Shown one piece after another: positions 53,678-64,000 of a stretch of 64,000 nucleotides of DNA. The notes below the pieces were generated by a model that did not search any database, was not told the origin of the DNA, and saw only the letters and a list, made by a program, of their open reading frames with translations. How positions within the stretch are numbered: position 1 is the first letter of the stretch; each line of letters opens with the position of its first letter. A program made the translations under genes and the position numbers. This DNA is from Pseudomonas aeruginosa PAO1 (GTDB lineage Bacteria; Pseudomonadota; Gammaproteobacteria; Pseudomonadales; Pseudomonadaceae), in assembly GCF_000006765.1 (NCBI RefSeq), contig NC_002516.2. One strand, 5' to 3'.

Positions 53678-54117
53678 CAGGGCTTGGCCGCCGTGTTCTC
53701 GACCGTGGTGATGCGCAGGTGGACGAAGCCCAGCTTGCCCGCTGCGTCCATCGCCGTGACCACCGACTGGTGGGTGGACTTGGCATCGGCGCTGATCACC
53801 ACCGGCAGGTTGTTGTCGCCCGCCGATTCACGCTGCATCGCCGCCATCAGGGTGGCCAGGTCGCTCTTGGCCAGCGCCTGCCCGTTCAAGGCGTAGTGCC
53901 CCTCGGCATCCACCGAGAGTTCCAGTTGCTTCTGCTCGGTGCCGGCGGTTTCGCCGCTCTCCGCCGATGGCAGCTCGATGTTGAGCTGCTCGGGGCGGGT
54001 GAAGGTGGTACTGACCACGAAGAACAGCAGCAGGACGAAGATCACGTCGATCAGCGACGCCAGGTTGATGAAGACGTCTTCACGGGCGGCACCCGCCCGT
54101 CTGCGGCGGAATTTCAC
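53677..54117 (-). CDS. exbD: ExbD/TolR family biopolymer transporter
   Basis: [19 protein letters not shown] with conserved Asp; ADAK motif. Confidence 0.9.
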   Translation of the reverse strand: MKFRRRRAGAAREDVFINLASLIDVIFVLLLFFVVSTTFTRPEQLNIELPSAESGETAGTEQKQLELSVDAEGHYALNGQALAKSDLATLMAAMQRESAGDNNLPVVISADAKSTHQSVVTAMDAAGKLGFVHLRITTVENTAAKP

Positions 54118-54749
54118 GCTTTGCCTTCCTCGACGTAGTCGACTTCACGATCGCCCTGCACCACTTCCACCAGCTTGATGGCCTCCTGCTCCATGGCGAT
54201 CACCAGTTCGTCGACCCGCCGCAGCAGGTAGCGATGGAAGAACACCGCCGGAATCGCCACCAGCAGGCCGGCGGCGGTGGTGATCAATGCCTTGGAGATG
54301 CCCGCGGCGAGCATCGGCGAGTTGGCCATGCCGTTGTCCATGAAGGCGCCGAAGATCTGGATCATGCCGAACACCGTACCCAGCAGGCCCAGCAGCGGCG
54401 CCATCGCGGCGATGGTGCCGAGGGCGTTGAGGTAGCGCTCCAGCTCGTGGATGACACCGGAAGCAGCCTCCTCGATGCACTCCTTCATGATCTCGCGACC
54501 GTGCTTGGAGTTGGCCAGACCGGCGGCGAGGATCTCTCCCAGCGGCGAGTTGGCGCGCAGGTCCTTGAGCTTCTGGGCGCTCAGTTGCTTGCCCTTGATC
54601 TGCTTCCACACCTGGCCGAGCAGCTCGGGCGGCGCGACGCGGCTCTTGCGCAGCGTCCACAGGCGCTCCGCGACGATGGCGGTGGCGGCGATCGAACTCA
54701 GAATGATCGGCAGCATCATCCAGCCGCCGGCTTGAACCAGTTCCCACAC
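54114..54749 (-). CDS. exbB: MotA/TolQ/ExbB proton channel protein
   Basis: APLLGLLGTVFGMI, GISKALITTAAGL; GTG start; 211 aa. Confidence 0.9.
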   Translation of the reverse strand: MWELVQAGGWMMLPIILSSIAATAIVAERLWTLRKSRVAPPELLGQVWKQIKGKQLSAQKLKDLRANSPLGEILAAGLANSKHGREIMKECIEEAASGVIHELERYLNALGTIAAMAPLLGLLGTVFGMIQIFGAFMDNGMANSPMLAAGISKALITTAAGLLVAIPAVFFHRYLLRRVDELVIAMEQEAIKLVEVVQGDREVDYVEEGKA

Positions 54750-54821
54750 AGTGGCATATCCCCGAAAAAAAAGTGGCGCCACTCTAGCACAGCGACCCTT
54801 TTCCGCCGACCGCCACGGTTC

Positions 54822-57047
54822 TCATTTTTCCCGCCAGAAGTGCGCCGAATCACGCTCCCGGCGTGCGCCGCCACGGCTTCCGAGGAGAAACGTCAGGGCA
54901 CCGTCGCGTGCCGTGTCGTGGACCTGCGCGGCGACCCTCGCGTAACGCTCCATCACTTCGCCATGGGGATGGCCGAAGGCGTTGCGCCAACCTCGCGAGA
55001 CCAGCACATGGCGAGGCCGCGTACGCAACACGAAGGCGACTCCGGAGGAACTGCGGCTGCCATGATGCGGCGCCAGCAACCAGTCGACCCGGGGATCGGC
55101 CTGTCGCGCCAGCCAGGCATGCTCGGCCGCACGCGAGATGTCCCCGGTCAGCAGCAGGACTTCGCCATCGGCCTCGACCCTCAGCACACAGGAGCGGTCG
55201 TTGCTGTCGCCGGCCTGCGCCCATGCCCACTGTTCGAAAACCACGCCATCCCAGGACCAGCTCCGCTCGTCGCAGCTGTCCGCGAACAACGGCGAAGGCA
55301 GGCGCGCGGGTTCGCCGCTGACCAGCCAAACCGGCGGGAATCGGGAAGCGACCGTAGGAGCACCGCCTGCATGGTCGTTGTCGGCATGGCTCAGCAACAG
55401 GCCGTCCAGGCGCCGCAGGTCCAGGCTGCGCAGCACCGGCACCACCACCCGCTCGCCCATGTCGAACGCCCCCTGCCGCGCACCGCTGTCATAGAGCAAG
55501 ACATGCTCTCGGGTACGCACCAGCACGGCCAGCCCCTGGCCGACGTCCAGCACCCGCACTTCCGCCCGCCCCCATTCGACAGGCGGCGATGACGGCAACA
55601 ATGCCGGCAGTAGCAACGCGGCACCGAGGGCACGCAACGGCAAGCCAGCCGGCGCCAGCCAGCAGAGCGCGCCGAGCATGCCCAGCGCTACGCTCCAGGC
55701 CGCTGCGGCGGGTGGCTGCCAGGCCTCGGCCAGGCCCGCCAGCAGGCCAAGCGCACGAAACAGCAGGTCCAGCGAAACGCCAGCGGCGCGAAGCAGCCCC
55801 TCGCCCAGCCCGGGCACCCACAGCAGCAGGCTCCCCGCCAGGGCCGGGGGCACTACCAGCAGTTCGATCCAAGGCACCGCCAGCAGGTTGGCCGGCGCTC
55901 CGCTCAGGCTCAACGGCAGGCCCAGCGCCAGCAGCGGCATCGCCAGCCCCAGCGCCATCCCCCACTGCGCCCGCCCCCAGGCCGCCCACCAGCGCCAGCG
56001 CCCAAGGCGCCCGGCGAACAGCCAGAGCAGCAGGGCAACCGCCAGGAACGACAGCCAGAACCCCGCCTGCAGGCTGGCCAGCGGCTCGACCAGCAAGACC
56101 AGCACCAGCGTTGCCAGCAGCGGGGTCAGCAAGCCCAGGTGGCGGAAACGCAGGCGCCAGACCAGCGCCAGGCTGACCATCAGGCAGGCGCGCCGCACCG
56201 GGACCTCGAAACCCGCCATCAACCCGTAGCTCCAGGCACCAAGCAAACCCAGGGCGCAGGCACAGGGCAGCCAGGGCAGGCGCCGCGGCCAGCAGCCCAG
56301 GCGATGCAAGGCCGCCACCAGGCCATAGAGCATCCCCGCCAGCAACGAGATATGCGAACCGGAGATGACCATCAGATGCACGGTGCCGGTGTCCTGGAAC
56401 ATTCGCCACTCGGCCGCGCTCAACCCCGAGCCATCCCCCAGCACCAGCGCCGCCAGGGCGGCGCCGCGCCCCTGTGCGTCGACCGCCAGCAGGCGCTGGC
56501 GCCAGGCATCGCGCCAGGCATCCAGGCCGCTGGCCGGCTGCAGGCGCTGGCCCGCCTTCACCGTGCCCACAGCACCGACCCGCTGCGCCAACAACCAGGC
56601 CTCGTAGTCGAAACCCGCCGCGTTCACCAGGCCGCGGGGGCGTTTCAGGGTCACCGCCAGGCGCCAGCGTTCGCCGCCCATCAGCGGCGGCGCGCCGCGC
56701 CAGCTCAGGCGCAGACGCTCGGGAAGAAGCACGCCCCGCGCAGCGCTGACCTCCTCCAGCCGGAAGCGCGTGACGCCCTCGCCGCTCGCCGGCAGATCGA
56801 CCACACGCCCCTCCAGCCAAAGGGTGCGACCATCCAGCTCGGCGGCCAGGCGTCCGTCCAGGGCGACTTGCGCCGAGCCGCAGGCCCAGGCGAACCCGAG
56901 CAGGAACAACCCCAGCCAGTACAGCCGGCCGAACAGCAGCAACAGTCCGGCGGCGGCCATGCCCAGCAGCCAGCCGACCGACGGCAATTCCGCCAGGAAG
57001 CGCAGGGCCAGCAGCCCCGCGGCGAGGGCTGGCAATCCCAGGCGCAT
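54822..57047 (-). CDS. comEC: DNA internalization competence protein ComEC/Rec2
   Basis: HLMVISGSHI competence domain; metallo-beta-lactamase domain LDVGQG, SHADNDHAGG, NDRSCVL, APHHGS; 741 aa. Confidence 0.93.
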   Translation of the reverse strand: MRLGLPALAAGLLALRFLAELPSVGWLLGMAAAGLLLLFGRLYWLGLFLLGFAWACGSAQVALDGRLAAELDGRTLWLEGRVVDLPASGEGVTRFRLEEVSAARGVLLPERLRLSWRGAPPLMGGERWRLAVTLKRPRGLVNAAGFDYEAWLLAQRVGAVGTVKAGQRLQPASGLDAWRDAWRQRLLAVDAQGRGAALAALVLGDGSGLSAAEWRMFQDTGTVHLMVISGSHISLLAGMLYGLVAALHRLGCWPRRLPWLPCACALGLLGAWSYGLMAGFEVPVRRACLMVSLALVWRLRFRHLGLLTPLLATLVLVLLVEPLASLQAGFWLSFLAVALLLWLFAGRLGRWRWWAAWGRAQWGMALGLAMPLLALGLPLSLSGAPANLLAVPWIELLVVPPALAGSLLLWVPGLGEGLLRAAGVSLDLLFRALGLLAGLAEAWQPPAAAAWSVALGMLGALCWLAPAGLPLRALGAALLLPALLPSSPPVEWGRAEVRVLDVGQGLAVLVRTREHVLLYDSGARQGAFDMGERVVVPVLRSLDLRRLDGLLLSHADNDHAGGAPTVASRFPPVWLVSGEPARLPSPLFADSCDERSWSWDGVVFEQWAWAQAGDSNDRSCVLRVEADGEVLLLTGDISRAAEHAWLARQADPRVDWLLAPHHGSRSSSGVAFVLRTRPRHVLVSRGWRNAFGHPHGEVMERYARVAAQVHDTARDGALTFLLGSRGGARRERDSAHFWREK

Positions 57048-57177
57048 GAACGGTTCCTCCCATCCCCGTGGCGTGCCCTCCGCTCCCCGACATGTCACAT
57101 GGGGTCATACAATGGGCAACGAAATCCTGTCATCTTGCTTGGCATAATACGCAAGCCTATATCCACCGAGAGCCCAC

Positions 57178-57711
57178 ATGCCGCGTCGCCTGTTCAAGCG
57201 CTACATGCCCGATCCGGAAAGCATCCGCTCGCAGAAGTCGCTGCGCTTTCTCGGCAAGTTGACGCACGATCCCAACCTTTGGCATCTCAATCGCCACTCG
57301 GTATCGCGCGCCATGGCCGCCGGGCTGTTCGCCGCCTTCATCCCGATGCCGATGCAGATGCTGCTGGCGGCCGGTCTGGCGGTGTGGATTCGGAGCAATC
57401 TGCCAATCTCCGTCGGATTGGTCTGGCTGACCAATCCGATCACGATGCCCCCGGTCTTCTATTGCACCTACAAGCTGGGCGCCTGGTTGATGCAGGTGCC
57501 GCCGCGCACCCTGCCGGACCATCTCACCTGGGAATGGATCAGCCAGGAGCTGTCCAGCCTCTGGCAGCCCTTCCTGCTCGGTTCGGTGGTGTGCGGCATC
57601 ATCGCCGCCATCCTCGGCTACGCGCTGACGATGCTCTACTGGCGCTGGTGGGTGCAGCGCAGTTGGAGCCGACGCTGCCGGCAACGTCGCGAACGGGTCG
57701 CCGCGAAGTAA
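57178..57711 (+). CDS. DUF2062 family membrane protein
   Basis: DPNLWHLNRHSV, WLTNPITMPP. Confidence 0.9.
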   Translation: MPRRLFKRYMPDPESIRSQKSLRFLGKLTHDPNLWHLNRHSVSRAMAAGLFAAFIPMPMQMLLAAGLAVWIRSNLPISVGLVWLTNPITMPPVFYCTYKLGAWLMQVPPRTLPDHLTWEWISQELSSLWQPFLLGSVVCGIIAAILGYALTMLYWRWWVQRSWSRRCRQRRERVAAK

Positions 57712-57723
57712 TCCGCCGGACAT

Positions 57724-57752
57724 GAAAAAGCCGCCTCGAAGGCGGCTTTTTC
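57724..57752. terminator. Bidirectional terminator
   Basis: GAAAAAGCCGCCT/AGGCGGCTTTTTC. Confidence 0.85.
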
Positions 57753-57798
57753 GTGGGCCTTGTCCGCCCCGTGCTGGGACTGGCGCAGGCCTTCTCGC

Positions 57799-59043
57799 TC
57801 ACTCGTAGCGCAGCGACTCGGCCGGTTGTGTCCGCGCCGCGCGCCAGGATGGGTACAGGGTGGCGAGGAAGCTCATCAGCAATGCAGCGCTGCAGATCAG
57901 CACCACGTCCAGCACCTGCAGATCGGAAGGCAGGTAGTTGATGAAGTACACATCCGAGCTGAAGACCTTGTGTCCGACCAACCGTTCGATGCGGTCGATC
58001 ATCCCGGTGATGTTCAACGCCGCGAACACCCCGAGCACCCCGCCGATGACCGTCCCGATCACGCCGATGACGGTGCCCTGGACCATGAAGATCGCCATGA
58101 TCTGCCGCGGCGTGGCGCCGAGGGTACGAAGAATCGCGATGTCGGTGCGCTTGTCGGCGACCACCATGATCAGGGTGGCGATGATGTTGAAGGCGGCGAC
58201 CGCGATGATCAGCAGCAGGAGCAGGCCGATCATGGTCTTTTCCATCTTCATCGCGTTGAACAGGCTGCCCTGGGTCCTGGTCCAGTCGCTGGACCTGAAG
58301 CCCTGCCCCAACTCCTTGACCACCTTGGCGGCGACCTGCGGCGACTGGTAGAGATCCTTCAGCTCCAGGCGCACGCTCGGCACCTGGCCCGGTTGCAGGC
58401 GCAGCAACTGGCCGGCATCGGCGATGTCGATCAGCGCCAGCGAGTTGTCCAGTTCGGCACCGACCTTGAACAGGGCGACGATGGTGAAGCGCTGCATGCG
58501 CGGAGTGATGCCGCCCGGCGCGCTGGTGGCTTCCGGGACGATCAGGGTCAGCTTGTCGCCGACATTGACATGGAAGCGCCGCGCGGTGATCTCGCCGAGG
58601 ACGATGCCGAACTCGCCAGGCTTGAGGTCGTCCAGGCTGCCCTGGACGATGTGCTCACCGACGATGGAAACCTTGCGCTCCTCCTGCGGGTCGATGCCGT
58701 TGACCAGCACCGGCAGCATATTGCCCTTGTACGACAGCATGCCCTGCAGTTCGGCGAACGGCGCCGCGCCGACCACCTCGCGGTGCCGAAGCGCCGCGTT
58801 GGCGACGGTCTGCCAGTCGTCCAGCGGCTGCGCCGCGCTGATGGTGGCATGCGGCACCATGCCGAGGATCCGCGTGCGCATTTCCTTCTGGAAGCCGTTC
58901 ATCACCGAGAGCACGATGATCATCGCCAGCACGCCCAGCGCCAGGCCGATCATCGAGGTCAGCGAGATGAACGAGATGTAGTGGTTGCGGCGTTTGGCGC
59001 GGGTGTAGCGCAGGCCTATGAAGAACGGTAACGGTCTGAACAT
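57799..59043 (-). CDS. Lipoprotein-releasing ABC transporter permease (LolC/LolE family, distal copy)
   Basis: [27 protein letters not shown]; which copy is lolC and which is lolE was not assigned. Confidence 0.93.
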   Translation of the reverse strand: MFRPLPFFIGLRYTRAKRRNHYISFISLTSMIGLALGVLAMIIVLSVMNGFQKEMRTRILGMVPHATISAAQPLDDWQTVANAALRHREVVGAAPFAELQGMLSYKGNMLPVLVNGIDPQEERKVSIVGEHIVQGSLDDLKPGEFGIVLGEITARRFHVNVGDKLTLIVPEATSAPGGITPRMQRFTIVALFKVGAELDNSLALIDIADAGQLLRLQPGQVPSVRLELKDLYQSPQVAAKVVKELGQGFRSSDWTRTQGSLFNAMKMEKTMIGLLLLLIIAVAAFNIIATLIMVVADKRTDIAILRTLGATPRQIMAIFMVQGTVIGVIGTVIGGVLGVFAALNITGMIDRIERLVGHKVFSSDVYFINYLPSDLQVLDVVLICSAALLMSFLATLYPSWRAARTQPAESLRYE

Positions 59044-59112
59044 GTCGCGGATGCACCGAGTCGATGGGGGATTCGCCGGACGGGAGCGGACGGCGGGCAC
59101 GCCGTCGCCCCG

Positions 59113-59796
59113 CTACGCGGCGATCAGTCGGCCTTCTTCCAGGCGCAGGATGCGATCCATGTGCCCGGCCAGCTGGAGATCGTGGGTTACCACCAGGAAC
59201 GAGGTCTGCAACGAACGGCTCAGTTCCAGCATCAGCTCCTGGATACCCTGGGCGGTATGCTGGTCGAGGTTGCCGGTGGGCTCGTCGAGCAGTACCAGCT
59301 GCGGACGGTTGACCAGCGCGCGGGCGATCGCCACCCGCTGGCGCTCGCCGCCGGACAGCTCGGCCGGCTTGTGCGACAGGCGATGCCCCAGCCCGACCCG
59401 CTCCAGCAGCTCGGCCGCCCGCTGGCGGGCTTCCGCGATCGGCGTGCGGCCGATCAACAGCGGCATGCAGACGTTCTCCAGGGCGGTGAACTCCGGCAAC
59501 AGGTGGTGGAACTGGTAGACGAAGCCCAGCGCGCGGTTGCGCAGCAGCCCGCGGGCCGTCTCGTTCAGCGCCGAGAGTTCCTCGCCGGCGAGCCAGACGC
59601 TGCCGGCGGAGGGCGTGTCCAGGCCGCCGAGCATGTTCAGCAAGGTGCTCTTGCCCGAACCGGAGCTGCCGACGATAGCCACCCGCTCCCCAGGCAGCAG
59701 GTTCAACTCGACGCCGGACAGCACCTGCACCGATTGCGGCCCCTCGTCGTAGCTCTTGCTCAGGTTGCGGCAACTCAGCACCGACTTGTCATTCAT
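59113..59796 (-). CDS. lolD: Lipoprotein-releasing ABC transporter ATPase
   Basis: [34 protein letters not shown]; 227 aa. Confidence 0.95.
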   Translation of the reverse strand: MNDKSVLSCRNLSKSYDEGPQSVQVLSGVELNLLPGERVAIVGSSGSGKSTLLNMLGGLDTPSAGSVWLAGEELSALNETARGLLRNRALGFVYQFHHLLPEFTALENVCMPLLIGRTPIAEARQRAAELLERVGLGHRLSHKPAELSGGERQRVAIARALVNRPQLVLLDEPTGNLDQHTAQGIQELMLELSRSLQTSFLVVTHDLQLAGHMDRILRLEEGRLIAA

Positions 59797-61039
59797 AACG
59801 CAAAGCCTCCGCAGGCTGGGTGCGCGCCGCACGCCAGGCTGGATACAAAGTGGCGAAGAAGCTGAGGACCAGGGCCGCGCCGCAGACCAGCACGACATCG
59901 TCGAGCATCAGTTGCGACGGCAGGTAATCGATGAAGTACACGTCGGACGCGAGGAACTGGTGGCCCAGCAGCTTTTCCAGGGCGGAAATCCAGGCGCTGA
60001 CGTTGAGCGCCGCGACCACCCCGAGGACCCCGCCGACCAGCGTGCCGATCACCCCGATCACCGTGCCCTGGACCATGAAGGTAGCCATGATCTGCCCCGG
60101 CGTGGCGCCGAGGGTACGAAGGATGGCGATGTCCGACTTCTTGTCGGTGACCACCATCACCAGGGTGGAAATGATGTTGAACGCGGCGACCGCGACGATC
60201 AGCAGCAGCAACAGGCCGATCATGGTCTTTTCCATGCGGATGGCCTGGTACAGGTTGCCGTGGCTGCGCGTCCAGTCGCGGGCGTAGAAGTCATTGTCGG
60301 TCAGGGTCCGGGCGATCTCCCAGGCCACCCGCGGCGCCTGGAACAGGTCGTCGAGCTTCAGGCGCAGCCCCTGTACCTGGTTGGTCTTCCAGCGCTGCAG
60401 GCGCGCGGCGTCTTCCAGGTGGATCAGCGACAGGCCGCCATCCAGTTCGCCGGCGCCGACGCGGAAGGTGCCGACCACGGTGAAACGCTTCATCCGCGGG
60501 AATACCCCGGCCGGGGTGACCGCCACCTCGGGGAGGATCAGGGTGACCTTGTCGCCGATGCCGACGCCGAGCTTCTGCGCCGCCAGTTGGCCGATGACGA
60601 TGCCGAAGCCGCCGGCCTTGAGTTCCGCCAGCGAGCCCTGCTTGAAGAAATCGGGAATGATCGAGACCTTGGCCTCTTCCAGCGGATCGACCGCATCGAC
60701 CATCACCGTCTGCACCGCGCCATTGGCGCTGAGCATGCCCTGCATCTGGGTGAACGGCGCTACCGCGGTGACATGCTCGTGGGCCTTGACCTTCTCGGCC
60801 AGGGCGCGCCAGTCATCGATGGGCTGGTACGACTCGACGGTGGCCTGCGGCACCATGCCGAGGATGCGGGTACGCATTTCGCGATCGAAGCCGTTCATCA
60901 CCGAGAGCACCACGATCATCACCAGCACGCCCAGTGCCAGGCCGATCATCGAGGTCAGCGAAATGAAGGAGACGAAATGGCTGCGACGTTTGGCCCGCGT
61001 ATAGCGCGTGCCGATGAAAACGGACAGGGGTCTGAACAT
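59789..61039 (-). CDS. Lipoprotein-releasing ABC transporter permease (LolC/LolE family, proximal copy)
   Basis: Same signature motifs as the distal copy; 416 aa. Confidence 0.93.
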   Translation of the reverse strand: MFRPLSVFIGTRYTRAKRRSHFVSFISLTSMIGLALGVLVMIVVLSVMNGFDREMRTRILGMVPQATVESYQPIDDWRALAEKVKAHEHVTAVAPFTQMQGMLSANGAVQTVMVDAVDPLEEAKVSIIPDFFKQGSLAELKAGGFGIVIGQLAAQKLGVGIGDKVTLILPEVAVTPAGVFPRMKRFTVVGTFRVGAGELDGGLSLIHLEDAARLQRWKTNQVQGLRLKLDDLFQAPRVAWEIARTLTDNDFYARDWTRSHGNLYQAIRMEKTMIGLLLLLIVAVAAFNIISTLVMVVTDKKSDIAILRTLGATPGQIMATFMVQGTVIGVIGTLVGGVLGVVAALNVSAWISALEKLLGHQFLASDVYFIDYLPSQLMLDDVVLVCGAALVLSFFATLYPAWRAARTQPAEALRYE

Positions 61040-61141
61040 GTCGCCCTTAGCTGGCAGAAAATGGATGCGTCGGGATGGCGAAGTGGCGAGGCATCGCCGG
61101 CGGCCTTACACTCTGACCATCACTGCCGCCGTGGGTTCGCC

Positions 61142-61741
61142 ATGTCCACTCGTGACGCGGATGACCGCCGCGAATACTACCGTATCGAAGATACCCTCGC
61201 ACTGGAATTTCGCCCTGCCGGGGCCGTCGAAGACGGCCTGGAGAGCGAGCCGGGGGCCACCCTGTTCAGCCTGCTCAGCGACCTCCACCTGATGGATTAC
61301 GAGTCGCAGCACCTTCTGCGCCACATCAGCGAACGCGACCGCACGCTGGCCAACTACCTGAAGGTGATGAACAAGCGCATCGACCTGCTTGGCCAGGTCA
61401 TGGTGCAGAGCCTGCTCAAGGAGATCGGCGAACCGCGCAAGGTCAGCCTGTCCGAGGGGGGAGTCAGCTTCCGCCACGACCGCGCATTGCCGGTCGGCCA
61501 GTTGCTCGTCCTGCGCATGGTCCTGTTGCCGCAGGGGTTCGGCCTCGAACTGCGGGCCCGGGTAATCCACGCCCAGCCACACGACGACGAATTCGAGATC
61601 GGCACCGAGTTCGAAGCGTTGAGCGACGCACAGCGCCAGTTGCTGGCCCGGCATATCCTCCAGAAGCAGGCCCAGCAGCGCCGCCTGGCACGGGCCGGAC
61701 AGGGCCCGCTCGGCGAGCCGGGCCAACCTTCTTCGACCTGA
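61142..61741 (+). CDS. PilZ-domain protein
   Basis: N-terminal RREYYRI; C-terminal SLSEGGVSF and IGTEF PilZ barrel; 199 aa. Confidence 0.85.
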   Translation: MSTRDADDRREYYRIEDTLALEFRPAGAVEDGLESEPGATLFSLLSDLHLMDYESQHLLRHISERDRTLANYLKVMNKRIDLLGQVMVQSLLKEIGEPRKVSLSEGGVSFRHDRALPVGQLLVLRMVLLPQGFGLELRARVIHAQPHDDEFEIGTEFEALSDAQRQLLARHILQKQAQQRRLARAGQGPLGEPGQPSST

Positions 61742-61758
61742 AACCTTCTTCGACCTGA
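61725..61758 (+). repeat. Perfect 17-bp tandem duplication
   Basis: AACCTTCTTCGACCTGA occurs twice head-to-tail. Confidence 0.95.
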
Positions 61759-61767
61759 GATGTGCCG

Positions 61768-62076
61768 ATGCTCCGTTCGCTACTGCTGTGCTCCCTCCTC
61801 CTCGCCCCGCCGCTGTTCGCCGACACCCTGAGCATTCCGCTGGGCGCCCAGGGCGATACCCGGGTCGCCCTGCCCGCGCACGGCGAAAGCCGCGAAGCCG
61901 TGCTGCAACGCTTCGGCCTGGCCGACGAGGAACATCCCGCGGTCGGCCAGCCGCCCATCGTGCGCTGGGATTACCGCGACTTCTCGGTATATTTCGAAAG
62001 CGGCCGGGTGCTCGACAGCGTTCGCCATCATCGGCCGCGGAATCCCGCGCAACCCTCGAACAAGGAGCCACAGTGA
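61768..62076 (+). CDS. Small exported hypothetical protein (about 102 aa)
   Basis: Signal peptide (LLLAPPLFA-D), then VLQRFG..PPIVRWDY..VYFE. The stop overlaps the next GTG start. Confidence 0.8.
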   Translation: MLRSLLLCSLLLAPPLFADTLSIPLGAQGDTRVALPAHGESREAVLQRFGLADEEHPAVGQPPIVRWDYRDFSVYFESGRVLDSVRHHRPRNPAQPSNKEPQ

Positions 62077-62795
62077 CTCTCATCTATGGACATCGCGGCG
62101 CCAAGGGCGAAGCGCCGGAAAACACCCTGGCCAGCTTCCAGCGCTGCCTGGAGCATGGCGTCAACCGTTGCGAACTGGACCTGCACCTGTCCCGCGACGG
62201 CGAACTGATGGTGATCCACGACCCGACCCTGAAGCGCACCACCGGCCGCCGCGGCAAGGTCGCCGAACACGACGCGGCCACCCTGGCCACCTACGACGCG
62301 CGCAAGGGCGGCCCCGGCTGGGTACGGCCGACGCCGATCCCGCGGCTGGAGGAGCTGTTCGAGAAGTGCCCGTTCGAGCACTGGCAGCTGGAAGTGAAGA
62401 GCGCCTCGCGCGAACGCGCGGCGCGGACGGTAACGCGGATCAGGGAGCTGACCGAGCGCTTCGGCAACCGCGACAAGGTCACCGTCACCAGCGGTTCGCG
62501 GACCGTGCTCAAGGCCCTCAACGAACTGACCCCAGAGCTGTCGCGCGGGCTGGTCGCCGAATACGCCTGGCTCGACCCGCTGAAGGTCGCCCAGCACTAT
62601 GGCTGTGCCCTGCTCGCCCTGAACTGGACCCTATGCACCCCGGAACGCCTGCTCAAGGCCCAGCGCCAGGGGCTTCACGTCTCGGTGTGGACGGTCAACG
62701 AACCGGCGCTGATGCGCCGGCTCGCCGACTTCGGCGTGGACAGCCTGATCACAGACTTTCCCGGTTTGGCCAGCGCCACCCTCGGGAATCGCTGA
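62073..62795 (+). CDS. Glycerophosphodiester phosphodiesterase family protein
   Basis: GHRGAKGEAPENT, ELDLHLS, IHDPTLKRT, LEVKS, VWTVN, ITDFP; AAGGAG RBS; 240 aa. Confidence 0.93.
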   Translation: MTLIYGHRGAKGEAPENTLASFQRCLEHGVNRCELDLHLSRDGELMVIHDPTLKRTTGRRGKVAEHDAATLATYDARKGGPGWVRPTPIPRLEELFEKCPFEHWQLEVKSASRERAARTVTRIRELTERFGNRDKVTVTSGSRTVLKALNELTPELSRGLVAEYAWLDPLKVAQHYGCALLALNWTLCTPERLLKAQRQGLHVSVWTVNEPALMRRLADFGVDSLITDFPGLASATLGNR

Positions 62796-62837
62796 GCACA
62801 TCCCCTCCGGCCGGCTCAGGCCGCCGGCCGGAGTCCT

Positions 62838-64000
62838 TCAAAAAAGCCGGTTGAGGCCGTCGAACGCCGCTACCCGATAGGCTTCCGCCATGGTCGGGTA
62901 GTTGAAGGTGGTGTTGACGAAGTACTTCAGGGTATTCAGCTCGCCCGGCTGGTTCATGATCGCCTGGCCGATGTGGACGATTTCCGAAGCCTGGTCGCCG
63001 AAGCAGTGCACGCCGAGGATCTCCAGGGTCTCGCGATGGAACAGGATCTTCAGCATGCCCACCGGCTCGTTGGAAATCTGCGCCCGGGCCATGCCCTTGA
63101 AGAACGCCTTGCCCACTTCGTAGGGAATCTTCGCCGCGGTCAGTTCGCTTTCGTTCTTGCCGATCGAGCTGATCTCCGGAATGGTGTAGATGCCGGTCGG
63201 CACATCGTTGACGAAGCGCCAGCTGTCGCTCTCGACGATGTTGCCGGCGGCCGAGCGGCCCTGGTCGTAGGCAGCGCTGGCCAGGCTCGGCCAGCCGATC
63301 ACGTCGCCAGCGGCGAAGATGTTGCTCACCGAAGTGCGGTAGTTCTCGTCCACCTCGATCTGGCCACGGCTGTTGACCTTGATGCCGACGTTCTCCAGGC
63401 CGAGCTTGTCGGTGTTGCCGGTCCGGCCGTTGCACCAGAGCAGCGCGTCCGCCTTGATCTTCTTGCCCGACTTCAGGTGCAGGATGACACCGTTGTCCAG
63501 CCCCTCGACGCGCTCGTACTCCTCGTTGTGGCGGATCAGCACGTTGTTGTTGCGCAGGTGGTAGCTCAGCGCATCGGAAATCTCGTCATCGAGGAAGCTG
63601 AGCAACTGGTCGCGCGTATCGATCAGGTCCACCAGCACGCCCAGGCCGCTGAAGATCGACGCGTATTCGCAGCCGATCACCCCGGCTCCGTAGATGATCA
63701 GCCGGCGCGGGGTGTGGCTCAGGGACAGGATGGTGTCGCTGTCGTAGACCCGCGGGTGGTTGAAATTGATGTCCGAAGGACGATACGGGCGCGAGCCGGT
63801 GGCGATCACGAACTGGTCGGCGACCAGGCGCTCCACCGCGCCGCTCGGCGTCACCACTTCGACGGTGCGTTCGTCGACGAAGCTGGCGGTGCCGGTGAAC
63901 ATGTCGATGCGATTGCGCGCGTAGTAGCCGGTACGCGAAGCGACCTGCTTGGAGATCACCCGGTCGGCGCTCTTCAGCACGTCGGGGAAGGAGAACCAGC
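62838..64000 (-). CDS. sthA: Soluble pyridine nucleotide transhydrogenase (5' end outside window)
   Basis: [39 protein letters not shown]. Confidence 0.95.

Overview
GC-rich core-genome segment of Pseudomonas aeruginosa. Gene order and proteins match, from recall, the PAO1 PA2930-PA2991 region. Contents in order: the cif epoxide-hydrolase locus (LysR, cifR, morB, MFS, cif), cytochrome b561, a nucleobase permease, the secreted aminopeptidase PaAP, a thiolase, a cobalamin cluster (chlI/chlD-like chelatase, cobN, cobW, two cobalamin riboswitches, cbtBA, cobE, cobM) interrupted by a DAHP synthase gene, plaF, fabV, etfAB and ETF-QO, a radical SAM/TetR/PLP-enzyme group, the RgsA sRNA, tatD-pilZ-holB-tmk-mltG-pabC, fabF-acpP-fabG-fabD-plsX-rpmF-yceD, maf, sppA, rluC, rne, murB-ptpA-kdsB-lpxK-exbD-exbB-comEC, lolCDE and sthA. 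I saw no tRNA, rRNA, CRISPR array or mobile element. The strongest signals are non-coding or recoding features missing from the ORF track. (1) A two-tier leader upstream of the DAHP synthase: a 43-aa uORF ending in YFFGYWF, a perfect 14-bp terminator, then a second aromatic-rich 34-aa uORF. This is a candidate attenuator sensing all three aromatic amino acids. (2) An in-phase A_AAA_AAG slippery site plus hairpin that would fuse the chlI-like and vWA ORFs by -1 frameshifting. (3) Divergent cobalamin riboswitches of two structural classes. Locus tags and literature links are from memory; no search was run.
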